From a virus: a stretch of 64,000 nt of DNA. The notes beneath the pieces were generated by a model. The model did no database searches. It had not been told where the DNA came from and worked only from the letters and a program-made list of their open reading frames with translations. Shown one piece after another: positions 35,259 to 44,437 of the stretch; within the stretch, counting starts at the first letter, position 1; each line of letters begins with the position of its first letter. The DNA is taken from the IMG/VR virus record IMGVR_UViG_3300045988_050655; one strand, 5' to 3'. A program made the position numbers and the translations under genes.

Positions 35259-35717
35259 ATGTTCCCTTTAAACTATCCTTTCAGCCCATTATTCCCAATG
35301 GTTAGGAGACGGAATCCTATCAAGAGAGTTGATATTGGCGGTATCTATGAATTGAAGACCAATGCACTTCAAGTAACCAACGAGAGTGTAGACTTCGGTA
35401 TCAATCCTAGCTGCTACAAGGCTTTACCTTGTGAGAGTATCGTACTGCTAAAGATTCATCAGGGAGTGCCTACTGCTGGCGAAGACCTTCCAGTCAAGAT
35501 TGTAGTGCCACACAATGGTGCAACAACCATCAGTACTACTAGCGGAACTACAAGTGGAACAACAACGGCTGGCACAACTAAGTCTTCCGTGGTAGACCAT
35601 ACTGGTTCTGCTGTAACTGGAGCGGGTCTTTCAAGCACTACGGAAGCTCTAGCCTATATCAACAAGAAGAGCGGAACAATCCGACTGCTTGGGTTTCAGC
35701 AACCAACTGGTGGCTAA
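35259..35717 (+). CDS. hypothetical protein (152 aa, T/S/G-rich centre)
   Basis: ATG 35259 is preceded by GGAGG. The track start at 35232 is GTG. Confidence 0.6.
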   Translation: MFPLNYPFSPLFPMVRRRNPIKRVDIGGIYELKTNALQVTNESVDFGINPSCYKALPCESIVLLKIHQGVPTAGEDLPVKIVVPHNGATTISTTSGTTSGTTTAGTTKSSVVDHTGSAVTGAGLSSTTEALAYINKKSGTIRLLGFQQPTGG

Positions 35718-35773
35718 CAGAGTATTAACAATGGGGCAGATAGCAATGTCTGCCCCTATAAAAGAGAAAGAAA

Positions 35774-36292
35774 ATGTTTCAAGGTTTAAGACAAAATTCC
35801 CTTTTTTACATATTAGACAAGGGAGGAGAAAAACCGACTCTCAGAATCGGTCAGGTTATATCGGTAAGTGACCCTCAGCAGAAGTTCCCGACAACTTACA
35901 TCCCGAATCAAGTGCCGAACTTCGACACAACGGTTGATGTAAAGGTGAAGGTTGGAGAACAGCAACTCAACTTCGAGAAACTGCCATCCACGGCTCAGAT
36001 AGCCAACTCAGGAACTAATGGTGTAGTTGTCAGCGATAGCCGTGATGCCATGTGCGCAGAGGTTGATTCCATGCTCAGGCAAGCCAAGGGTATCTTGGAG
36101 AGTGTTGACTACAATAAGGCAGTAGTGGAATCATGTGATGAAATAATAGCCAAACTCAATCCTCAGATTGCCAAGGATAAGCAGCAAGAGCAGGACATCA
36201 GTAACCTGAAATCTGACATGAACGGAGTGAAGGGTACGCTATCCGAAATCAAATCTCTTCTGTCTGATGCCTTGAAGCTCAGTAAGAACTAA
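35774..36292 (+). CDS. hypothetical protein (172 aa)
   Basis: ATG ORF in the plus-strand virion block. Confidence 0.6.
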   Translation: MFQGLRQNSLFYILDKGGEKPTLRIGQVISVSDPQQKFPTTYIPNQVPNFDTTVDVKVKVGEQQLNFEKLPSTAQIANSGTNGVVVSDSRDAMCAEVDSMLRQAKGILESVDYNKAVVESCDEIIAKLNPQIAKDKQQEQDISNLKSDMNGVKGTLSEIKSLLSDALKLSKN

Positions 36293-36308
36293 TAAAGGTA
36301 AGAAGATT

Positions 36309-36590
36309 ATGGTAATGATTGAGATTACAGAAGATAAGTTCGATGATTTGTATGACAACATCGAATCCATGCTTGGTTTTGGCAGCAAGGCTATGTCTTG
36401 TCTGAAAAAGATGAAGCAGGAGCGTATGGGTGAGCGTATGCCTGATTATCGTGACGATTGGAGAAGAGAACGTGAGGAGCGTGAAGAGCGTGAGAACAGA
36501 CGTAGATTCAACAACGTGAACGATGATTGGAACTACCCGAACCGCTATGGTGAAAGAGGTGGTGGCGGCTACAATGGTGGCGGTCGCTAG
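36309..36590 (+). CDS. hypothetical R/E-rich protein with C-terminal GG-rich tail
   Basis: 'RREREEREERENRRR...GERGGGGYNGGGR'. Confidence 0.55.
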   Translation: MVMIEITEDKFDDLYDNIESMLGFGSKAMSCLKKMKQERMGERMPDYRDDWRREREEREERENRRRFNNVNDDWNYPNRYGERGGGGYNGGGR

Positions 36591-36657
36591 TGTTTAACTT
36601 GGGAGTTTTGGTAGTGACATTTATGTCGAAACCAGACTCCCTTTAATATTCAGCAAT

Positions 36658-37086
36658 ATGGGAAAATGCAGAATGCCATTGGATGTGTATGACCTCAAAC
36701 CTGAGGGGATGGTTTCCTATCTCAGATATAACGGCTATCATTTCAGCAAGAAGATGTGCGAGTGGGCAGTTAAGCAGATGTATAAGTATGACCCTTCCAC
36801 CAAGCGTGATGTAAGTATCTCGTTTTGGGATAAGGAGAAGGTGGATGCTCTTCTGCTCGGTCAGGGAATTGAGGTGAAGAATAAGATAGGCTACGACCAT
36901 GTATATGTGGCTAATATGGCGAGGGCAGACTTCTACAAGTCTTCCATCAAGGATGAGGAGCAGCTAGCCCAGTTTATCAAGGATATGGTGGATGATGCCG
37001 ACCAGAAGGATGGTTTTATCTTCAACCGATTCTATGCCGACTGCTGCCATAATGGTGTGCCTATCCCTTGGGAAGATGTGTTATGA
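36658..37086 (+). CDS. hypothetical protein (distant paralogue of 53598-54083)
   Basis: Shared pattern HF.K...A...M.Y.D...TK...F.D.E...A......YD....MN..R.D...KD.E.L.......D.D. Confidence 0.6.
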   Translation: MGKCRMPLDVYDLKPEGMVSYLRYNGYHFSKKMCEWAVKQMYKYDPSTKRDVSISFWDKEKVDALLLGQGIEVKNKIGYDHVYVANMARADFYKSSIKDEEQLAQFIKDMVDDADQKDGFIFNRFYADCCHNGVPIPWEDVL

Positions 37087-37478
37087 TAAGAAGAGTGATT
37101 GAACTCCCGAAGTACGATTGGAGCATAGTATGTTTCATAGGTTATCAGCCACCTGATGCCGATGAGATATGCCATGCTCTTTCGGATATTGGCTGCAACG
37201 GAAATCCGTTATCGGAAGCATATAAGCATCTGTCTTTATCGAGTGGAGATAGGGGGCTTACCTATTCCAATCTATCAGAAAGAAGGAGTGTGCTTGCCAT
37301 TGGGGAGTGTGAATCTGATGGCAGTATCATCAACACAATAGGTCATGAGCTTCTTCATGTGGTAGCGCATATCTGTGAGCAGGATGGAATAGATATGCTG
37401 AGCGAGGAACCATGCTATATGATGGGTAGTTTGTGTGAGAAGTTCTTTGATGTTTCGAGTGTTAATAATGTTAATTGA
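37083..37478 (+). CDS. small HExxH protein (putative zinc metallopeptidase-like)
   Basis: 'TIGHELLHVVAH'. ATGA overlap with the upstream stop. Confidence 0.5.
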   Translation: MIRRVIELPKYDWSIVCFIGYQPPDADEICHALSDIGCNGNPLSEAYKHLSLSSGDRGLTYSNLSERRSVLAIGECESDGSIINTIGHELLHVVAHICEQDGIDMLSEEPCYMMGSLCEKFFDVSSVNNVN

Positions 37479-37502
37479 TAGAGACGAACCGAAATAATTA
37501 GT

Positions 37503-37510
37503 TATCTTTG
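37503..37510 (+). promoter_or_regulatory. Bacteroides-type -7 box TATCTTTG
   Basis: 21 nt upstream of ATG 37532. Confidence 0.45.
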
Positions 37511-37531
37511 CACTAATAAACATTCAAGCTT

Positions 37532-37789
37532 ATGAAGAAGAAAATTAAAGTTTATTCTATAGGGGTACTTATTTGCATCATCTTTGATGTTGCATTTGCT
37601 ACTTTTGTTATTATTTGTGGTAAAATACCAGCTTCTGATTATATCTTTATGGATATATTTCTTTTAATTTCTGATTTTACGATTATTGGATTGTGCTATG
37701 CTTATTTAAAGGAAAAATCAGGAAATAAATGCTTGGTGATTAAACTACCCGGTACAGTAGATGATGATAGTCTGCCTAAGTTGAAATAG
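37532..37789 (+). CDS. small membrane protein (2 TM)
   Basis: 'VYSIGVLICIIFDVAFATFVIICG' and 'IFMDIFLLISDFTIIGLCYAY'. Confidence 0.5.
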   Translation: MKKKIKVYSIGVLICIIFDVAFATFVIICGKIPASDYIFMDIFLLISDFTIIGLCYAYLKEKSGNKCLVIKLPGTVDDDSLPKLK

Positions 37790-37823
37790 GAAAATAAAAA
37801 CTTGAAGAGGAAATACAAGAAAA

Positions 37824-37856
37824 GGGAGTGCTAAGCAACACTCCCTTCTTCTTTAT
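37824..37856. terminator. bidirectional terminator between convergent genes
   Basis: GGGAGTG-CTAAGCAA-CACTCCC, flanked by an A-run and a T-rich tract. Confidence 0.6.
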
Positions 37857-37865
37857 CTATACGGT

Positions 37866-38063
37866 TTACTCCCCATACTTTGGCTCCTCATACATCAAGT
37901 TATGCGCATCAATGTAAGCCTTGGCTTCTGAGTATGTGTCAAACTCTACTGCGGTGGCATCTACTGATGGGAATACCTCAGCATTGTCACCTTCTTCTGT
38001 GAGAGGGAACGCCATCTTGGTTTCCTCATGTACTACCTTATACTTCTTTGTTAACTTATTCAT
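37866..38063 (-). CDS. hypothetical small acidic protein (65 aa)
   Basis: ATG ORF, last gene of the minus-strand tail operon. Confidence 0.5.
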   Translation of the reverse strand: MNKLTKKYKVVHEETKMAFPLTEEGDNAEVFPSVDATAVEFDTYSEAKAYIDAHNLMYEEPKYGE

Positions 38064-38106
38064 GTCTTGTTTCCTTTCTTTATTTTGATGTTATACTTAC
38101 GATACT

Positions 38107-39249
38107 TTATGCAGGAGTGATTAAGACTGTATAGTCCTTCTGCTGCAATTTTTCTACAGCTGTATCTGATGCAGATGTGCGAGTTCCTGCGCACATAATT
38201 GTTCTTTGTAAAGTTGAAAGACCACTCTTTGCAACACATTGAGCATTATCTTGAAGCATTTTGTCAATATTGCCGATATTGTGATTGCCAAACATACCAA
38301 GCACATAAGCAGAGATGCTTCTTGAACTCCAAGAAAAGACACTGCCCTTATCATCTTGGAAGTTAGCAAAATAGCAAGAGTCTGGTAACTTAGCCAAGTC
38401 ACCACTCAACAAGCTATTTTTAGACTCAAAACTGAAAAGCTTTACGTCCCCTTGCAATGAATCTATGTTTCCAGTACAATTCATAACTGAGAAATCATTT
38501 AAAGATGTCTTGCTAGAGAATGCCGAGATATCTCCAATAGCTTTTGTAGATAAAAGGCTGCATGAGACTAGACGTGATTTGTCTGTAAACACATTAATAT
38601 CACCATAAACATCTGTGTTGTAAAAATTAACAACTTGGATATTTTTGCTGCTATTTAAAGCTTTTATGTCTCCACTTATTTTGCAAGAAGAAAGATTTAC
38701 TTGTGACAAATCTGTTAAGTTAGACAAACATGCAATATCTCCATAGACTTTATCTGAATTAATTCTTACATTATTAAGAAAAGTTTTATTCTTAAACACA
38801 GCAATGTCACCAAATGCATTGGCATTTTTTAGGTTTACAGCAAACAAGCTACGAGAATACTTCAAAGAATCTATGTCAATAGTCCTGTTTGTAACAATAG
38901 AACTATTTGTGTGCCCTGTTGTAAAAAATATCAACGAAGTTAAGGCATATTTGTCTAATATCGCAACTTCAAAATCACCATTACTAACATATACATCAGT
39001 AATATCTGTTATGTTAGTGTAGGCTGGCACTGTTATAACTTTTCCCTTGTTCTGCGTAAGAGTAGAATCAGTAAAGTAACCTTCACCAATAATCTCTAAT
39101 TGGGTGTCTTTAGAGAATGCAAAACCGAATCCCTGAGTGTCCTCCGACGGTGAATCTACTCTACTCACACTTATTCTTAACTCTCCAATTCTTAAGCGCT
39201 TATCATTCTGAACAACGCTTTTTAATTTTGTTACAAAACATTTTTTCAT
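38107..39249 (-). CDS. leucine-rich-repeat protein (putative receptor-binding/tail accessory)
   Basis: At least 7 repeats of ~22-23 aa with '...L..v.l....v.GDI..f...' (for example 'KVYGDIACLSNLTDLSQVNLSSCKISGDIKALNSS'). Directly downstream of the tail fibre. Confidence 0.75.
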   Translation of the reverse strand: MKKCFVTKLKSVVQNDKRLRIGELRISVSRVDSPSEDTQGFGFAFSKDTQLEIIGEGYFTDSTLTQNKGKVITVPAYTNITDITDVYVSNGDFEVAILDKYALTSLIFFTTGHTNSSIVTNRTIDIDSLKYSRSLFAVNLKNANAFGDIAVFKNKTFLNNVRINSDKVYGDIACLSNLTDLSQVNLSSCKISGDIKALNSSKNIQVVNFYNTDVYGDINVFTDKSRLVSCSLLSTKAIGDISAFSSKTSLNDFSVMNCTGNIDSLQGDVKLFSFESKNSLLSGDLAKLPDSCYFANFQDDKGSVFSWSSRSISAYVLGMFGNHNIGNIDKMLQDNAQCVAKSGLSTLQRTIMCAGTRTSASDTAVEKLQQKDYTVLITPA

Positions 39250-39272
39250 AATTATATAATATATTATTAAAA

Positions 39273-42200
39273 TTATCTACTATAGTTGTAAAGAATATCC
39301 ATATTTTTCAAATTTTGGACTATCCATTTCTCAACCCTATAAATATTATCACAATGTTTGTATTGCTTAATAGGACTATAAATACTGACCTCATGAGGCT
39401 CATTTACAGCTAATGGTTCGGTAGCTTTTATACAAACAAAATTAAAATATCCCATCTGTTCATTCATGCCAAACGAGACTTTATCTCCGACATTATATGC
39501 CTTTGTTGCATCAAATGTTTCAGACAAACTTGTCTGAATATTGCCATTAGTATCTTTAACTACGTTCCAATACTCAGAGCGAACTATGCTATCAGCAATG
39601 CAAGGACTATCATTCCATTTTCTGTATTCTTCCTTAAAGAAGTCTGTTCCAATTCTAAGGCACCAATCTTTCAACAATCCAAATATATTATTTGCATTTA
39701 TTATTCCTTTATCAGCCAATTCTTTATACCTATTACTTAATTCTTCTTGATAATAGTTAACAATAAAACCCTCTGGACGCTTTATAAATGACGATACATG
39801 TGTTGAAAGAGGTTCTGATGTAGAATAACCATGGTCATTAGAGCCAAACGATTGGTCACAGTCATACAAACCTACATATAATTTTACTCCATCATAAGAG
39901 AACCATTGCCAATTTTTTTCAAAACCGTCCGTGTTTTTTATCAAGTCTGAAAGAATTACATAATCTACTAAATTATCAACATCGAAGTACTTTTCAAATA
40001 ATACTTTCATTGCTTGCAAATCTGTTTCAGACTTTGTACCCTCATATTTATCCTTTGCTTCTATCACTTTTGGCAAAGAGTCGGATAAGTTCTCTATTAT
40101 CTGTTTAACTTGAGCTGTGAATAAAAGATTCTTCTTTATCTTTGATGATATTTCCGTGCCATCAGGAAGTGTTCCTGATGTTATCCAAGAATCGACCTCT
40201 GTTTGTCCTGCAATCTCTTCTTGTCTAATATCTGCATCATATTTGTTACCGCCAATAGCATACAATCCCTTGGGGTTACGTATTTCAAATTGACTCCAAT
40301 CTATGTTATCCTTACCTCCAAAGAAAGATGCATGTCCTAATATTCCATCAAGATGTATGTTCTCTGCTACACTCTTGTCCAGATGATAGTTATCTCGATG
40401 CTTCTTTAGCTGAAAAGAGAAGATGCCATAGAACTTACCATTAAGGTAAACAGCACAAGGGAATCCGTCAGGAAAACATCGTGCTCCAGTATCTGTTAAT
40501 AAAGAATAGTCTCCTACATGAGGATTACCAAGACTCTTGGTAGTAAAGCTGATTTTATTCATTTCAACTAACGCTTTCTTCCAAGGTCTGTCATACATAT
40601 TTCCCCTTGTACGTACAATTTGGTCATATAGCTTGTAAGATACAGCACCAACACCACGGAAGAAATCAGTATAATATGCTTTCATGTGAAAGCTGTCCTG
40701 TGGAACCCATTCACCAATTCTTACTTTCGGGGTCTCATCACCAATCCATTCATCATCGCAAAGGTCGATAGCTACACTCTTCTTGATAAATCCCAAAGAA
40801 GAGTTTCCTTGTGCATTAAGAATGGCACGCTTCTTAAAGTAGTTACCATGCATATCCCAAAACTCCAGGAAAGCCTTCTTGTTATCAGTCTTGGTTGTAG
40901 GCATGGAATCAATATTAGAAACATTAATGATAGCAAATCGAGGCTCTGGTATCTGAATGAAACTACTTTCACTCCAATCAACAGGTGTTTTTACATCAAA
41001 GCCATTTGCTTTGAGAGCATCTTGAATATTATTCACACTATTGCCTTGAAGATTGAGGTTTGAAACATCAAGATTAGTAACTTCCATATCATACTCATGT
41101 TTCTTTCCTTGTAAGTCACGGAAAGACATTACTTTTTCTTCTGCATCTATTGTAATTTCCGTTCTACCTTCAGGGTCTTCAATATGGGAAAATTCTGTTG
41201 GAATAGTTTCGGACTTCGCATTGTGGATATAGTGACTGCCATCAGGATTTGTTGCAGAAAGAATCTTTCCTTCTGCATCTTGCTCAACTGCAAGATATTC
41301 CTCGTTATCCTGTAAAGAGAAAACATCAAGAAGCTCTTTGAGATAGACATCTATTGTATCTACCTTCTCCTGCAATGATGCAAGGTCTGATTGAAGCTGA
41401 GATATAACTTGCTTCAAGGCATTGACTGCATGGATTTCACCAATGATTTGTCCGTCTCTTCGGATGCCAAGGAGTACATGATTAGCTGCATCCTGCCAAA
41501 GAGCGAAGAACTCTTCATTCTGCTCCACATGATACATTTCATTGAGAGGGTAGTATGGCTTACCAGTTGCTCTGTAGAAACCAAAGAGAACCTTATCCTC
41601 AGAATCTACTATCGCCTTGATAAACTCTTCATTCTCGATTATTCTAAAGCACTCCTTTACTTCATCTTCAATGAGAGACTTGCCTTCTTCTTTATCAACC
41701 TTTCCTTCCTGCAATGCGGTGATGTTTGCAGATAATTCTTCCTTGACGGAATTAATAGATTCAAGAATATCTGTCTTATCTTGCTGGCACTGGTTGATAA
41801 TCTCCTGTAACTTTGCTCTGATAGGTGCAGGAATACCTTTACCCCACTCAATGGAACCATCAAGCTGAATACCCAAAAGGAAGTGGTCTTCTGCATCTAC
41901 TATTGCCTTGATGAACTCTGGAGATTCAATCTCACGGAATGGAAGAGCAAACTGGGAGACTACTTTATCCTTTGAATCACCGAACTCTTGGGCAATATTT
42001 TCCTTGTTGAACTTTTTGTTTGCAAGTTCATCAATGGCTCCTTGTGCAGTGACAGAATCAAGTCCACTCTCTGTGTTCTCGTATGTTACTGCTGAGGCTT
42101 GGCTTGCACCACCACTTGCGGAAATGCCCTTGATGGCTTCCTCCATCTGAGTACTGCGAGTCTGCAACAATGAAATATCATCATCATTGGCGGTGATTTG

Positions 42201-43106
42201 CTGCTGCTTATCGTCAATCTGAGACTGGAGGTCTGTGTCCTTCTCGTGAAGCTGTTTGATAGACTTGTCTACATCTTGAATCATCTGATTTAAATCATCA
42301 GGGAGACCAGTGGCGGCTTGGATGGTTTTACGAAGCTCTGGGTCGAACTTTCCAATGCTTAGCGTGTTGTCTGCTATCTTTTCGTTTGTGACGGAGCCAT
42401 CCTTGATTTTCTCGGTAGTTACAGAATCGGGAGACAACTTGGCGTTACCGATGCTGCCATCTACTACCTGAGAAGCATCGACTGAATTGTCGGCAAGTTT
42501 GTCCTTGGTGATAGATTTTCTTGCTACCTTCTCTGTGGTTACAGACTCATTGGCGAAATGCTTGGTCTCCAAGGATGCCTCACGAACTACTCTGCCATCT
42601 ACTGACTGGTCGCCCAACTTTGCATTGGTGATAGCCTTCTCTTCTACCTTCTCCGTGGTTACGGCTCGGTCGTTCAGCTTCTCGGTGATGATAGATTCAT
42701 TCTTAATCTTTTCCGATGTTACCGCATTAGGGGAGAGTTTGGAATTGTCTACTGCGCCATCATTCAACTTATCCGTGGTTACTGCCTTATTGTTGATTTT
42801 TTCGGTCTCTACAGATGAGTCGGCAAGTTTGGAGGTGGTGATGTTGGCATCTGCTACCTTGTCGGTGGTGACGGATGCAGCATCCAGTTTGTCGGTGGTT
42901 ACCGATTCATTCTCCAATTTCTCTGTAGTAACGGCTTTGTCGGCAATCTGCGTAGTTCCGAGTTGGTCGGTCTTGTTGACCTTCTCGTCAAGAAGCTCCT
43001 TGGTGGATTTACCCGAACTCTCATCCTTGACATATCTGGTGTATGTCAAGGTCTCGTCGGCTGCTCCACTTACGAGCGTGTTGTTATAAACGGTTTCTTT
43101 TGCCAT
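39273..43106 (-). CDS. tail fibre protein with N-terminal 11-aa repeats and C-terminal CotH-like domain
   Basis: About 18 copies of an 'xxAVTTEKLxD' unit at the N-terminus. The C-terminal ~540 aa carry CotH-like motifs (see finding). Confidence 0.85.
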   Translation of the reverse strand: MAKETVYNNTLVSGAADETLTYTRYVKDESSGKSTKELLDEKVNKTDQLGTTQIADKAVTTEKLENESVTTDKLDAASVTTDKVADANITTSKLADSSVETEKINNKAVTTDKLNDGAVDNSKLSPNAVTSEKIKNESIITEKLNDRAVTTEKVEEKAITNAKLGDQSVDGRVVREASLETKHFANESVTTEKVARKSITKDKLADNSVDASQVVDGSIGNAKLSPDSVTTEKIKDGSVTNEKIADNTLSIGKFDPELRKTIQAATGLPDDLNQMIQDVDKSIKQLHEKDTDLQSQIDDKQQQITANDDDISLLQTRSTQMEEAIKGISASGGASQASAVTYENTESGLDSVTAQGAIDELANKKFNKENIAQEFGDSKDKVVSQFALPFREIESPEFIKAIVDAEDHFLLGIQLDGSIEWGKGIPAPIRAKLQEIINQCQQDKTDILESINSVKEELSANITALQEGKVDKEEGKSLIEDEVKECFRIIENEEFIKAIVDSEDKVLFGFYRATGKPYYPLNEMYHVEQNEEFFALWQDAANHVLLGIRRDGQIIGEIHAVNALKQVISQLQSDLASLQEKVDTIDVYLKELLDVFSLQDNEEYLAVEQDAEGKILSATNPDGSHYIHNAKSETIPTEFSHIEDPEGRTEITIDAEEKVMSFRDLQGKKHEYDMEVTNLDVSNLNLQGNSVNNIQDALKANGFDVKTPVDWSESSFIQIPEPRFAIINVSNIDSMPTTKTDNKKAFLEFWDMHGNYFKKRAILNAQGNSSLGFIKKSVAIDLCDDEWIGDETPKVRIGEWVPQDSFHMKAYYTDFFRGVGAVSYKLYDQIVRTRGNMYDRPWKKALVEMNKISFTTKSLGNPHVGDYSLLTDTGARCFPDGFPCAVYLNGKFYGIFSFQLKKHRDNYHLDKSVAENIHLDGILGHASFFGGKDNIDWSQFEIRNPKGLYAIGGNKYDADIRQEEIAGQTEVDSWITSGTLPDGTEISSKIKKNLLFTAQVKQIIENLSDSLPKVIEAKDKYEGTKSETDLQAMKVLFEKYFDVDNLVDYVILSDLIKNTDGFEKNWQWFSYDGVKLYVGLYDCDQSFGSNDHGYSTSEPLSTHVSSFIKRPEGFIVNYYQEELSNRYKELADKGIINANNIFGLLKDWCLRIGTDFFKEEYRKWNDSPCIADSIVRSEYWNVVKDTNGNIQTSLSETFDATKAYNVGDKVSFGMNEQMGYFNFVCIKATEPLAVNEPHEVSIYSPIKQYKHCDNIYRVEKWIVQNLKNMDILYNYSR
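42345..42947 (-). repeat. about 18 degenerate 11-residue (33-nt) coding repeats in the tail fibre N-terminal rod
   Basis: IADKAVTTEKL / ENESVTTDKLD / AASVTTDKVAD ... TTEKIKDGSVT / NEKIADNTLSI (aa 54-254). Confidence 0.75.
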
Positions 43107-43107
43107 A

Positions 43108-44022
43108 TTACTTTAATTTTGCGTTATATATATATTCTCCTGCTTTCAACTCATCTGTCCAATAATAGTAGATGTCGCCTACCTTGGTGGAGTAGAGGGA
43201 TGCGGTGAGTCCTGACTGATAGAACTCTACTGGAACACGGCTGGCGAACCAGATGTATGGTTTCTCCTTGGTGGTGGTGATGTTGATAGACTTGTCTACG
43301 ATGTCGCCCACTACCTTGGTGAGGTCTTCCATGTTGAACTGGCACATATTCTTGGCTGCGGTGGCTCCGTAATAGTAGATGTTATCGTCGCCATTTGCCA
43401 TGATGCTTACGTAGCCTGATACGGCTGGAATCTCTATCTTGCCATCCTTGTAGGCTTCTCTTGTGATGTCGGTTCCGTCCATGACTACCTTCACCAAACC
43501 GAGATTGAAACCTTCTGCTGGAGTCAGCACTGTTTCATACTTCTCGCCCAACTTCAATGTGGCAGGAGTAGAGGAGAGGGTAACATCATCCAATGAGTAG
43601 ACAAAGGTGCAGTCTGATTGGTTCTTGGTGACCATGTAATATCGAAGGTCGAACATGCCAACCGTCTCGCCTTGGAAGACTCCACAAGGAACCTTCACCC
43701 TATGATTGGTCTCAATAATCTGCAAGATGTTTCGCTCCACACTCTTCATGGCATAACCATCGTAGTTCCATGATACGGCTATATTGTAGTTGCCGATGTC
43801 AAGGGTGGATGGGATATTGCACACCAGCACATTATGCTCTATGCCACCGATGGACGTTGGCACGATGATGGAATCATCGAAACAGCATTGCAGTTCCACC
43901 TTGATGTCGGATGCCTGAGTCATATCGAAGTCAACCAAGCGGTTGAACTCCTTAGACATATCCATCTTCCGCACCAAGATGTGGAGTTTGAAACTGTTGC
44001 CTTGTACAATTTTATAAATCAT
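43108..44022 (-). CDS. hypothetical tail-associated structural protein (304 aa)
   Basis: First gene behind late-type promoter P3. Stop abuts the tail-fibre start. Confidence 0.65.
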   Translation of the reverse strand: MIYKIVQGNSFKLHILVRKMDMSKEFNRLVDFDMTQASDIKVELQCCFDDSIIVPTSIGGIEHNVLVCNIPSTLDIGNYNIAVSWNYDGYAMKSVERNILQIIETNHRVKVPCGVFQGETVGMFDLRYYMVTKNQSDCTFVYSLDDVTLSSTPATLKLGEKYETVLTPAEGFNLGLVKVVMDGTDITREAYKDGKIEIPAVSGYVSIMANGDDNIYYYGATAAKNMCQFNMEDLTKVVGDIVDKSINITTTKEKPYIWFASRVPVEFYQSGLTASLYSTKVGDIYYYWTDELKAGEYIYNAKLK

Positions 44023-44049
44023 ATTTGATACACATTATTAATAATAGTG

Positions 44050-44090
44050 CAAAGATAGGCAGAAATTTCTATACCTATCTTTTATCCGTT
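44050..44090 (-). promoter_or_regulatory. late-type promoter P3: AACGGATAAAA-N22-TATCTTTG (minus strand)
   Basis: Same 41-nt architecture. 27 nt upstream of ATG 44022. Confidence 0.6.
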
Positions 44091-44109
44091 TATTTAGGTG
44101 GAATATTTT

Positions 44110-44415
44110 TTAGATTAAGCCCTTCCAGCGGAGGAACTTGCGCTTGCGGCTTTCCTTGCCTTTCTTGCTCTTGCAGTTGGTATGGTAGACGCAATCCTTG
44201 AAGAGGTCTCTGACCTTCATGTCGTTGTCTACAAGTTTGGTCTTCTTGAATGCCTCGAATAGCGAGCGGTTCATAATCATGAGGTTTCCCTTCTGCGTAG
44301 GAAGGACGTAGAAGATTTCACCATGGTTCTTCTTGGATGCGTAGTCTGCCTTAGCCGTAGCTTGGCGGTACATGATTTCGCACTTGATGCGCTTGATAAT
44401 CTTTGTTACTTTCAT
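44110..44415 (-). CDS. hypothetical basic protein (101 aa)
   Basis: ATG ORF downstream of TerL. Confidence 0.5.
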   Translation of the reverse strand: MKVTKIIKRIKCEIMYRQATAKADYASKKNHGEIFYVLPTQKGNLMIMNRSLFEAFKKTKLVDNDMKVRDLFKDCVYHTNCKSKKGKESRKRKFLRWKGLI

Positions 44416-44437
44416 AATCGTAATTATTAATTTGAAA

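Noticed and set aside
38107-43106. Diversity-generating retroelement targeting the tail fibre or LRR genes
   Set aside because: I recognised no reverse transcriptase ORF anywhere in the window. I also found no template/variable repeat pair with adenine-specific mismatches near the 3' ends of these genes.
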